Below are positions 51,182 through 64,000 of a DNA stretch of 64,000 nt, piece by piece. Position 1 is the stretch's first letter. Each line of letters begins with the position of its first letter. Below the pieces are notes generated by a model. It did not search any database, was not told the DNA's origin, and worked only from the letters and a program-made list of their open reading frames with translations. The stretch lies in NCBI RefSeq assembly GCF_009914755.1, contig NC_060936.1; one strand, given 5' to 3'. A program made the translations under genes and the position numbers. This DNA is from the human T2T-CHM13v2.0 reference genome, Homo sapiens.

Positions 51182-53633
51182 CATTTTGCACTTTTATGTT
51201 ATGAAGATGGCTTCTTTTCTTAAACCTCATGAATGAACCTCTGTTAGCTTCTGTAGCTTCCTCACTTCTGGCAGCCTTCATAAAATTAAAGAGGGTAGAG
51301 CATTGCTCTGGATTAGGCTTTGGCTTAAAGAAATGTTGTGGCTGGTTTGATCCTCTATCCAGACCACTAAACCTTTCTCCATATCAGCAATAAGGCTGTT
51401 TCACTTTCTTATCATTCGTGTGTTCACTAGAGTAGCACTTTGAATTTTTTTGCAGAAGCTTTTCCTCTGCATTCACAACTTGGCTGTTTGGCAGAAGAGG
51501 CCTACCTTTCAGCCTGTCTCAGCTTTTGATGTGCTCTCCTCATTAAGCTTAGTCATTTCTAGTTTTTAATTTAGAGTGAGAGACAATGACTCTTCCTTTC
51601 ACTTGAACACTTAGAGGCTGTTGTAGAGGTATTAATTGGCCTAATTTCAATATTGTTTTGTTTCAGGAATAGAGAGGCCCCAGAAGAGGTAGAGAGACAG
51701 GGGAACAGGTGGTTGGTGGAGCACTTAGAACACTCACACATTCATTGATTAACTTTGTCCTCATATGGGCATGGTTTGTGGCATCCCCAAAGCAATTATA
51801 ATAGTAACATCAAAGATTACTGATCACAGATCACCATAACAGATATAATAATCATGAAAAGTTTGAAATACTGTGAAAATTACCAAAATGTGGCACAGAG
51901 ACATGAAGTAAGTGCATGCTGTTGGAAAAAATGGTGCCAATGGACTTGTTCTCAGGGTTGCCACAAACCTTCCATCTGTAAAAGAATGCAATATCTGCAA
52001 AACACAATAAAGCAAGCAATAAAACGAAGTGTGCCTGTACAACAAAGCTACAGTACTCAGGACTGTGTGATACTGAATAAGGATGGACCTACCAACCTAT
52101 GGAATAGAACTGAGAGTCCAAAAAAAAAAAAAAACCTATACATCGTGGACGGTTGATTTTTGACAAGAGTGTCAAGAGCATTCAATAGGGAAAGAACAGT
52201 CTTTTCAATCAGTGGTGCTTGAACAGCTGAATATCCACATGCCAAGGAATGAAGTTGAACTCTGATTGCACATTAAAATAATGGATGGGAGACCTAAATA
52301 TAAGTGCTAAAACTTTAATGCTTGAATATGATACTAAAAGCACAAGCAACTAAAGGACAAATAGATATGTTGGACTTAATTAAAATTAAAAACATTTGTG
52401 CTTCAAAGGACACCATCAATAAAATGAAAAGACAAGTGTAACAGAAAGAAAATATTTGCAAATAATGTATCTGATAAGTGTCTAGTACCAAGAAAATAAT
52501 GAAGAATGCTTACAACACAACAAGACAAATAATCCAATTTAAAAGTGGGCAAAGGATGTGAATAGTTTTTTTTTTTCCAAAGAAGGTATCCAAATGGCCA
52601 ATGAGCACATGAAAAAATGTTTGACATTTTTAGTCATGAGGGAAATGAAAATCAAAACCCCAATGAAATACCACTTCAGATCCATTAGAATGGCTGTAAA
52701 AAAGACAATAACAAGTGTTGTCAAAATAAATTGGAATCTTCATACAAGAATGTAAGAATGAAAAAGATAACAGCCACTTTGGAAAACAGTTTGACAGTTC
52801 CTCAAAACGCTAAACAGTTGCCATGTGACCAAGCAACTTTTTCCTAATTATATATCCAAGAGAAACGAAAACATGTCCATGCAGAAACTTTGTACATGAC
52901 TCTTCATAGCAGCATTATTCATAATAGCTAAAAGGTGGAAACAAACCAAACATCCATCAACTGATGAATGGATAAATGAAATATGCTAATTCATACAATG
53001 GAAAATTACTTGGCTGTAAAAAGAATGAAGTGTTAATACAATATGGATGAACTTCAAAAATATGGTAAGTATAGGAAGCCAGCCACAAAAAAACACACGT
53101 TATATGAGTCCATTTACAGGAAATGTCCAGAATAAGGAAGGAAATCTATAGAGACTGAAAGTAGATTAGTGGTTGCCTAAAGCTAGAAGGCATGGGAAGA
53201 TTGGGAATGACAGCTAAAGGGTACAGGGGTCTTTTTGGTGTAATGAAAACATTCTAAAATTGATTGTGATGATTGTTGCACACCTCTGTGCAATCTACTA
53301 AAAACCATTAAATTGTACACTTTTAATGGGTAAATTGGATGGTATGTGAATTATATTTCAATAAATCTCTTGCCCAAAAAATAATAATGAATGATTGCTT
53401 TGCAAATTTCAGCATTTCAAATAACTTGTAAAGCAATGTATTATTCAGCAAGTGGTGTTAAAACTGCCTATTATTTTTTGGAAATAAATTTTAAAAAACT
53501 AATTTTCTAAATTTAAAAACTTGTTTGGAAAATACTAGGAATCATCAAAATGTTATTTGGAAAATATTTACTTAGAAATATACATCTAATTAAAATTAAA
53601 ATTTTAGTTTTGATGGAATAAAATTTTAAAGGT

Positions 53634-53928
<295 letters not shown>

Positions 53929-54321
53929 TTAAAGGTACAAAAATAAATTATGAAAGTACTAAATAAAATTTGGGTAAATATATATTTTATACATTAATAT
54001 TGTATATATGGGGTGGGCAAAGCTTTTCTAAACATGTAGCAAGGACAGAAATCATAAAGGAATACACTGATTAATGATATAATAAGGGAAAACTTACACA
54101 TTTTTTTGAACATTAAAATTGAAGGAAAAATGATAAATTTGGACAAATGTTTGCAACATGGTGGGGAAATGATTAAAAAGTCAACATATGAAGTACTCTT
54201 AGCAATAAAAGACCATCTCTTCAGTAAAATACTAGGCATGAACATGCGTAGGCAGTTCAGTAAAGAATTACAAATAAAAACATGAAAAATATGTGGTATC
54301 TCACTAAAAATCAAAGAAATA

Positions 54322-54620
54322 CAGTCGTTCATTGTTTAAGGTGATTTTGTCCTGTGAACATCATAGAGTGTACTTACACAAACCTAGATAGTATAGCCTA
54401 CTACACACCCAGGCTATATGATATAGCCTATTGCTCCTAGGCTACAAACCTGTACTATGAGTGTACTGAATACTATAGGCAGTTGTAGCAGAATGGTAAG
54501 TTTTTGTGTATTTAAACATAGAAAAGGTACAGTAAAAATACAGTATTATAATCTCATGAGACCACAGTCATAAATGCAGTTCATCATTGACTGAAATGTC
54601 ATTATTCAGCACAGGACTGT
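54322..54620. mobile_element. Tigger3a/MER7-like MITE
   Basis: TA|cagtc...gactg|TA ends; catcatagagtgtacttacacaaacctagat..gcctattgctcctaggctacaaacctgtac. Confidence 0.82.
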
Positions 54621-54951
54621 ACTAATCAGATCATAACTATGTAAGGTGATGGACGTGCTAATTAGATTGTGGCAGTTATTTCACAACGTACACATATATC
54701 AAAACATCACGTTATATACCTTAAATATGTGCAATTTTTATTTGTCAAGTATATTTCAGTAAAGCTAAGGGGAAAAAAGAAATATTAATTAATGCAATGT
54801 TGAGATACCTTTTCTGCCTATCAAGTTGGTACATATTAAATTGGTGGCAATATGGGGATGTGGGCAGTCTTGTGCACTGCTGGTGGCAACATGTTGCAGG
54901 AGCAATTGCATGTCAACTTGGAAATACATATCAAAATCCTGAAAAATACAT

Positions 54952-55630
54952 GTCTTAGGGTCTTAGGGCTGCCATAACAAAGTACTACAAACGAGGTTGC
55001 TTAACTCAACAGAGATTTATTTGTCCACAGTTCTGAAGTCTGTAAGTCCAAAATCAAACAGGTCCATGCTCCCCTAAAGGCTCTAGAAAAACACCCTTCC
55101 TTGCCTCTTCCTAGCAATGGTTGTTTCCTGCAATCCTTGCATTCCTTGGCCTGCAGTTGCATCACTCCAGTTGCTGCCTCTGTCTTCACATGGCCTTTTT
55201 CCCTCTGTATGTGTCTCCGTATCCCTTTCTTCTTTCTCTTATAAAAACACCAGTACAGCCAGGTGCGGTGGCTTACGCCTGTAATCCCAGCACTTTGGGA
55301 GGCCAAGTTGGGTGGATCACTTGAGGCCAGGAGTTTGAGACCAGCCTGGCCAACATGGTGAAACCCTGTCTCTCCTAAAAACATAAAAATTAGCTGGGCT
55401 TGATGATGTGCACCTATAACCCCAGCTACTCAGGAGGCTGAGGCAGGAAAATCACTTGAACCCAGGGGGCAGAAGTTGCAGTGAGCCGAGACCGTGCCAC
55501 TGCATTCCAGCCTGAGTGACAGAGCAAGATTCCATCTCAAAACAAACAAAAAACACCAGTCATTGAATTTAGGGCCTACTCTAATCCACTGTGACCTCAT
55601 CTTAACTAATTCCATCTGCAAGACCCTATT
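54952..55630 (-). mobile_element. MLT1 (B/C-like) LTR split by an AluS (55257-55553, +)
   Basis: agggctgccataacaaagtactacaaac..cacagttctg..; Alu TSD aaaaacaccagt. Confidence 0.82.
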
Positions 55631-56071
55631 GTGTTCATGTAAATTGAACATTTTTATATGAAAAAAGACTATATACAAAGATCAAAGATAAATGACAAAA
55701 TGGAAAAAATGCACACCATAAATACGATTTTTGACCACCTGTAGCTTCTAAATTTCTCCAATAAAGAAGGCTTATTTTTGTGAGAGAAAACTGAGAACTG
55801 TTACTTTAAAATAAATGCTCTGTGAAACACAAGAGACTAAATATTACAATGGAGAGGATCGATGTATTAAGATAAAACTACCTTCTTACAAAACCATGCT
55901 GTTTTACTTAAATACCCCTCTCCCATCCCAACTTGTCACCACGATAATGAATGACTGAAAAGGCCTCTCACAGTCCCCGTTGGGGAAACACCTCGGGATT
56001 CACTAACAGAGTCTAGGACAGAGCTGGGCACATAGACATTTGAGAAGCTACCTGGTATAATGGAAAACGCC

Positions 56072-56343
56072 AGTCTAAGTGTAGTGGCTCATGCCTGTAA
56101 TCCCAACACTTTCAGAAGTCAAGGTGAAAAGATAATTTGAGGAGAGGAGTTTGAGGCCAGCCTAGACAACATAGTGAAACTCTGTTTCTAAAACAATTTT
56201 TTTTTAATTAGCCAGGCATGGTGGTACACACCTGTAGTTCTAGCAAGACGGTAGGATCGCTTGAGCCCAGGAGTTTAAGGTTACAGTGAGCTATGACTAT
56301 GTCGCTGTACTCCAGCCTGAGCAACACAGTGAGACCCTGTCTC

Positions 56344-56374
<31 letters not shown>

Positions 56375-56383
56375 GAAAGAAAA
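56072..56383 (+). mobile_element. AluJ
   Basis: Diverged sense Alu with A-rich tail. Confidence 0.87.
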
Positions 56384-57149
56384 GGCCCATGTGCCTGAAT
56401 CTAGATGCTCCCTATTTAAAGGTGAACATCTATAGGTCAGTCACTTAACCTCTTGATCAAGAAACCTTTACAAGCTGAGGACTATAGATGATATATATAA
56501 TGTTCCAAGCAGATATTATTGATAAATACTTCTGGAATAAATACATCTTGGTATTTGTATTTGTAGTTACTGAGGTGTCAAGCGGGGGGAATTTCACAGA
56601 TGAGGACAGAGTTTAGGGACTTTGTCACAAACTTCAGAATTGTTAGTTCAACAAATGTTTATTGGGTATCTGCCATGTTACAGGCCCTATCCTAACTGCT
56701 GTGAATGCTGTCTGATTCACAAAACCCCTCCTGGGTTGGAGCTTTCTTTCTGGCACAGTCTCTGGAGGACATCACACAGTGTTGTGGTGGGGTGCATTTA
56801 CTCTTGGATTTGAGAGCATCTACCTCCTCAATCTGTTGAGCTTTCTTTCATCTAGCTTTATCTCCCATGTCCCTGTGATGTACTGAATATTTTCTTCGGT
56901 TAATGTCAAACACCTTTCCCTTCAATGTTTTTAATGAACATTTATTTGATTTTGCATAAGAGTTGGATAGAAAATTAATAGCACAACTTTATAGCCTTGA
57001 AATTTTTCAGGGCTTCAAAATTCCCATTGAAGATATGCTGAGCATCTTCAACGAGTGCAGAATTGTCTTTATTTTTGGAAAGATAAATTCAGTTATGAAT
57101 CCTCAGCAAGTTTAATTGCCAAAGAAATGTTCTTCAAAAATACAAAATT

Positions 57150-58560
57150 AGAAACAAAAATGAGGAAACAACCACAAATACAGGAAAAGTTAAATGAACT
57201 TCAAGTGAATACTTTGATCAATTCTATGCCAATAAATTTGAACTCATAGGATGAGATAATGATTCTTAGGATAATATAAACTTCCCAAATAAAACAATCT
57301 ATAGAGATTTCTAAAAAATAGACCAATTACCATAGAGGAAATGGAGAAAGCTGTCAACGAACTACAACTGTAAATGTTTCCAGGTCAACTCTGTGAAAAC
57401 AGGTAACTTTAATCCTACTTTGAACTATGCCAGAGAAACAGAAATAAGGAAAACTTCCAAATTCTTTTCATATATTTATGATTACATTGAAACAAAAACC
57501 TATAATAACATATATATACAGATGAAAGTTACAGGACAGCTTCTCTTCAAGAATATTTACTTAAAATCCAAAATGAAATTAGTAATCTCAGTGATGACGG
57601 TATCAGAGGTTTCTAAATTTTATTTTTGCTTATCTCTATTTTCTAAAAACCTTTTTCAGACAGTCACATACCTCATCTTGTAAGTCTGAGGCATTGTGAT
57701 AGTGGAGATCTTGTTTCAGAGATTACAATATATGTTTTTATAGATAATGGGTCTGTCTTCAAAGTGGGTCTAATTATATAAATTTTCACAGATTGATTTC
57801 ATAAAAATTAATTTTTTTATGTAGTAAATGTACCACAAATAAAGACAAGAAAAATCAGGAGGGAAACTGGGATTGTGAGACAATTTTTTTTTAACTATAT
57901 GAAGACTTTTAAACATCAATGAGAAAATGACCAAGATAGGCAAAGATCATGGATGGTCAGTTTGCAGAAAAGAAATGTTCATTTAAAAATGTAAATTAAA
58001 ATAAGAAGCTCCATGTTTCACCATCAGAAAAGTTTAATTGTAGCCTTTTTGTTTGTTTGTTTGTTGTTTTTTTTTTTTTAAGGAGATGGGGAAAGGTGCT
58101 TTCATGAACTCTCATGCAGGTTCTTTGGAATACCATAATTACAGTTTTTGAAAATACATGCCAGCTTTTATTCCTGTTCTCACACATGTGTGCATAGATG
58201 CTGGTACAAGGAAGTTTGTTGCTCTTTTGTTTGTAATTGCAAAAGACTAGAAACTTCTATAATGTTTTTCATTAGAGGACCAACTGATAAATTTTGACAC
58301 AGCTATGCAGTGAGCATTCAAAAGAATGAGACCTCTATCTGTACACATGAGAGCACTAAGATATTTTGGTTAGTGAAAGAACAAAGCAATAAACAGAAGA
58401 GTGTGCTCACATTCTTGTTAAGATAGAGTATAGAGAATATCTGGAAGAATGCACAATGACTGTTAAGCATAACTGCCTGGGGTAAGGGTCAGTCAGAGGG
58501 AGACATTTCATTTTGTAACCTTTCCCACTGTTTGCATTTTTACGTTGTGTGTCTATTATG
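57150..58560 (+). mobile_element. Highly diverged L1M fragments
   Basis: tatgccaataaatttgaactcataggatgagat; atagaccaattaccatagagg; L1ME-like 3' region. Confidence 0.5.
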
Positions 58561-58842
58561 CTTTATTTTTGTTGTTTTTTTTTTGAAGGGAAACAAAGCT
58601 TATTGCTTTCTTAAGCTTTTATCATATATTTCCAAATTATACTAAATAAGTAATAAAAATGTATCATTCCGACAGCTGTGTGTGAAAGAGCCTTTTTTTG
58701 CAGATACTTGTCTGCACGGGATATTGGCTGTGATTTTCATTTTTAGCAGTTTAATTTTGCCAGCACCTTTGGTATCTAGTTTGTTTGAACATTTCATCAC
58801 ATATTTGTGGGCCATTTTATTTCTTCATTTGTGACTCACTGA

Positions 58843-60128
<1,286 letters not shown>

Positions 60129-60149
60129 ATTATTAATTTTTAATTAGAA

Positions 60150-60320
60150 TAGCAGTGTGACTTCAGATGTGCCTCAGTTCCCTCACCTGTAAAATGAGAA
60201 TTATAATAGAGCCTGTCTCCTTGGGTTATGAGGAGTAATGAGTTAATATATGGAAAGCTCCTAGGATAGTTCCTTGCATATGGTAAGCCTTCAGTGAATG
60301 TTTGCTCTTGTTATTATGAA
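60150..60320 (+). mobile_element. MIR
   Basis: gtgcctcagttccctcacctgtaaaatgagaattataatag. Confidence 0.75.
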
Positions 60321-60868
60321 CATAGTTTTGAAAATCAAATTGCACTGTACTTTTATTTGAGGGTAAGGAGTAGTACTCCACTGCTCCAAACCCTTGTGCC
60401 ACCCAGAGATAACTGGTTTTAACTATTTTTAGGGCTTTTTTTTTTTTCTGGTTTTTACCTCTGTGTTTCTAAACAATAGGTTTTCTGATGTATGCAGTTG
60501 AGATACTGTTGACCACCTATGATGGATTATATGGACTTAGCTTTCTTGCACCACACCATCCTACCCCATTTTCCTCTCTTTATTCTTTAAATAAATATGA
60601 TTCTATCATAATTTTTGGATAAATTAATATTGAGTGCTCAACTTACTTTAACTATGTAAAGTACTGTTCACTTCTATAACTTATTTTCCTTGAGGTAAGA
60701 ATCATCTCCCTTTTTTATTTTCTTACTTTCCTGTACCTTTCCTGTGTACCTTTCTCTTATTTTTCCAAAATTCTCCTGCAGAATTGTAAAACCCATTTGT
60801 ATACTGTTTGTCATATGACCATTCTCAATAGGTAGTCATTTAGTTCCACATTTCTCTCATTCTTTTTA

Positions 60869-61216
<348 letters not shown>

Positions 61217-61499
61217 CTACTTCTCATACTGAACTGGATGCACCTTAGGCCTGCTGCATCTTTCTTGTGTTGAGTACCTTGTTTCCTTGATCCCATGCCT
61301 TCCTCTTTCTTAATTTATTTCTTTGTTTTGTTGGAGTACATCCTCAAATAGCTTTCCGAGAATGGGTGAATGGGAAATAGAATTTGTAGGCCCATGTATA
61401 GATCAGAGTTCTATTTCTGAGGATTTAACACACTCTAATCATGTTACTTGAAACAAGTTTACTATTTGTTAACCAGTGTCCATAAAATATTGTAGGACT

Positions 61500-62600
61500 G
61501 TACCTCCATCATTTCTTTCAAGAGAAATAAACAATCAGATGTTCTGCCCAGAGTTATGCTCAATGAGCTCAAATTTGCTCATCCATCAAAACTGATCATA
61601 GGCTTTAAGAACCTCCTGGCACACTGCAGAGTATTCCTTGGGGTCTGTATATCCCAGTATGAGGAAAACCAACCCAGATTAACAACTGCATTTTAGCACA
61701 AGATGGGGCAGGTGGTGGTATAAAAAGAGAAGGTGCCTTGGGAGTGTGAGCCATTTGCTTCTGAAATTTATTTGCCAACAAGTCCTGCTTCAGCCCTGTA
61801 AATCCCAACTTTATGTTTTAGTGAGTCAAAATAGCCCAGCATACAGTGGGTAAAATGGTAAATTGATGTTGCATGTTCAGGCATTCAGACCCTACTGGGA
61901 CCCAGTAACAAACCACTTGTTTCTCAAAAGGAGAATAGTCACTTGCCAAAGAAAGCATGGGTTTGCTTTATACCATCAGGGCTCTCTCTGGGCTCCATAT
62001 ATCCGCTGATCTGTCATAGACTCTTGTTTGTTATTGAAGCCACTGAGCCATAGAGATGAATTGAGACAGCTTCCTGCTCTGTAGCCTTGAGCAGGTTTTC
62101 CTGCTCTGATTGCTACTGAAAGCTGGCAGGTTCTGGGTTACTCAGTATATTGATCAGAGAAGCAATCCCAAATGTCAGTATATGTTTCCTCCAAAATGTG
62201 AAGACGCTATACTTTCAGGATCTGTAGGAACAATCGTGAAGAGAGTTCATGGACTCCCTGGGCCTATTGTGACACTAACTTGGACCAAAACTTCATTTTC
62301 CCCTGACCCCCATGAGCTCTCATTCTAAGCACAGGTGTACTTAGAGTCCCCAGGGATTAGCATTAGCGTAGAGCCAGTGTTCAATACTATTCTGAATATC
62401 TGCCCTTTCTGCTCTATACTACTCTGCTACATGTCGGCATGTTCTGCTGGGAAAGGCTAGATTTTCAGTAGGTAGGACTTGAGGTTCTACCACAAGGGCT
62501 TTAAGTATAAACCAGCCCCCTCACCCTTCCTCTAAGGAGCTTTGGGCCTGGGATTGGCTGAGGAGTCCTACCTTACATCACAGTGACTCATAGACTTCAT
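61500..62600 (-). mobile_element. ERVL/MaLR-class internal (pol-like) remnant, boundaries uncertain
   Basis: Reverse complement of ~62080-62210 (ttttggaggaaacatatactgacatttggg..cctgccagctttcag..agagcaggaaaa) resembles ERVL pol FWRQHIPHLG..AASFEWGPEQEK. Confidence 0.55.
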
Positions 62601-62755
62601 TTCATCAAACCTCAAGTGTTTTTATACTTTCAGGTATGTAAATAAAGAAGAACCTTAGAAGGTTATCTATTTATTTTAATCTTAGATGTCCTGTGATCTC
62701 AGCCACTGTCAAAGATCCCTGTGGCTCAAGTCATTTTTCATATGTTCACACATTC

Positions 62756-62756
<1 letters not shown>

Positions 62757-62786
<30 letters not shown>

Positions 62787-63072
62787 AGAGAAAGGGTCTT
62801 GCTCTGTCACCCAGGCTGGAGTGCAGTGGCACAATCATAGCTCACTGTAACCTCAAACTCCAGGGCTCAAGCTATCCTCACCTCTCAATCTCCTGACTAA
62901 CTATGACTAAAGACATATACCAGTACACCCAGCTAATTAAAAAAATATGTTCTGTAGACAGAGGGTCTTGCTATGTTGCCCTGGCTAGTCTCGAACTCCT
63001 GGGTTCAAGCAGTCCCCCTGCCTTGGCCTCCGAAGGCTCTAGGATTACAGGTGTGAGCCACTGCGCCTGGCC
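62757..63072 (-). mobile_element. AluJ
   Basis: T-rich tail plus antisense Alu. Confidence 0.88.
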
Positions 63073-63709
63073 TATGTTCACAAATTCTGTGGGTCAGAAA
63101 TTTATAAAGGACACAGAGAAGAATATAGTCTGAGGTCCTCTCCACATAGGCCTTTCATGTGATCTCTCATTATGGGCCAGTTTGGGTTTCCTTGTAGAAT
63201 ACTGTCTGGAGACCAAGGATGAGCATTCTCGAGAGAGATGCAAGCAGGTGCTTTATCACCTTTTCTGATCTAACCTTGAAGTCACACTGAATCATTGCTG
63301 TAATCAATGGCTCATTTATGTGCTAAGGAAGAGAAGCTAGACCTCCACCTCTCAATTGAGGAGTGCCAACATCACATTGTAAGAGTATGTGAAATGGGAT
63401 GTATATTAATGCAGCTCTCTTTAGAAAACATATTCTGCTACAAATAGGAAGCACCAGTTTTTTTTATCATCACCATACTGGTTCTAGAGGACTTACAATA
63501 GACAGGGCTTGTTGATCCCCTTCATGCAGAAATGATGGTTGTAATATTTCATTGTATATATATCCATACATACACACATTGAATTTGTGTACCTTACAGT
63601 ACACAATATAGCTACAAATAATGCCATCAATGAAGCCATCTGAATGTGTGCATGAACATTTAAGAAAGTTTTATTTCATTTCAGTGTCATAAGAGTATTG
63701 ACCATCTCC

Positions 63710-64000
63710 ATTAGAGAAATGCAAATCAAAACCACAATGAGATACCATCTCACACCAGTTAGAATGGCAGTCATTAAAAAGTCAGGAAATAACAGATGCT
63801 GGAGAGGATGTGGAGAAATAGGAATGCTTTTACACTGTTGGTGGGAGTGTACATTAGTTCAACCATTGTGGAAGACAATGTGGTGATTCCTCAAGGATCT
63901 AGAACCAGAAATACCATTTGACCCAGCAAATGGTATACTGGGTATACTGGGTGTATACCCAAAGGATTATAAATCATTCTATAAAGACACATGCACACGT
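63710..64000 (+). mobile_element. Primate L1 (L1PA/PB) ORF2 3' fragment, runs off the window
   Basis: [38 protein letters not shown]. Confidence 0.92.

Larger units (their letters stand above)
48731..52037 (-). mobile_element. Near-full-length Tigger1 (pogo-like DNA transposon), decayed transposase
   Basis: Terminus gcaataaaacgaagtgtgcctg|TA at 52037; other end atattgcagatttggttccagaccac; ORF remnants 51024..51281 ([24 protein letters not shown]-type HTH) and 50279..50563 ([21 protein letters not shown] domain). Confidence 0.92.

Noticed and set aside
50279-51281. Possible domesticated TIGD-like transposase gene
   Set aside because: Fragmented by Alus and stops; an ordinary decayed Tigger1

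Overview
This is human (primate) genomic DNA, recognisable as the CNOT2-KCNMB4 locus (12q15, from recall). The first 26.5 kb holds the last 12 coding exons of CNOT2 (CCR4-NOT subunit 2; exons 5-16 by recalled numbering) on the + strand. All have GT-AG boundaries and splice in frame to a TAA at 25382-25384, followed by a ~1.1 kb 3'UTR with several AATAAA signals. An ~11 kb AT-rich spacer leads to a CpG island (~37.1-38.85 kb) with the promoter, GC-rich 5'UTR and coding exon 1 of KCNMB4 (BK channel beta-4; ATG 38205, donor after 38540). The rest is KCNMB4 intron 1, dense in repeats, including a nested L1M > near-full-length Tigger1 > 3 Alu stack and a very young AluYd8-like insertion. I see no new multi-gene system and no tRNA, rRNA, snoRNA or CRISPR. 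The best leads are post-transcriptional. (1) A genomic A26 tract is fused to the stop codon of a deadenylase-complex subunit. (2) A well-preserved ancient CR1/L3 fragment in CNOT2 intron 8 outlines a candidate poison exon. (3) The KCNMB4 5'UTR has a strong-context uORF, an in-frame CUG extension and a G-quadruplex. Repeat subfamily names and many repeat boundaries are by eye and approximate.
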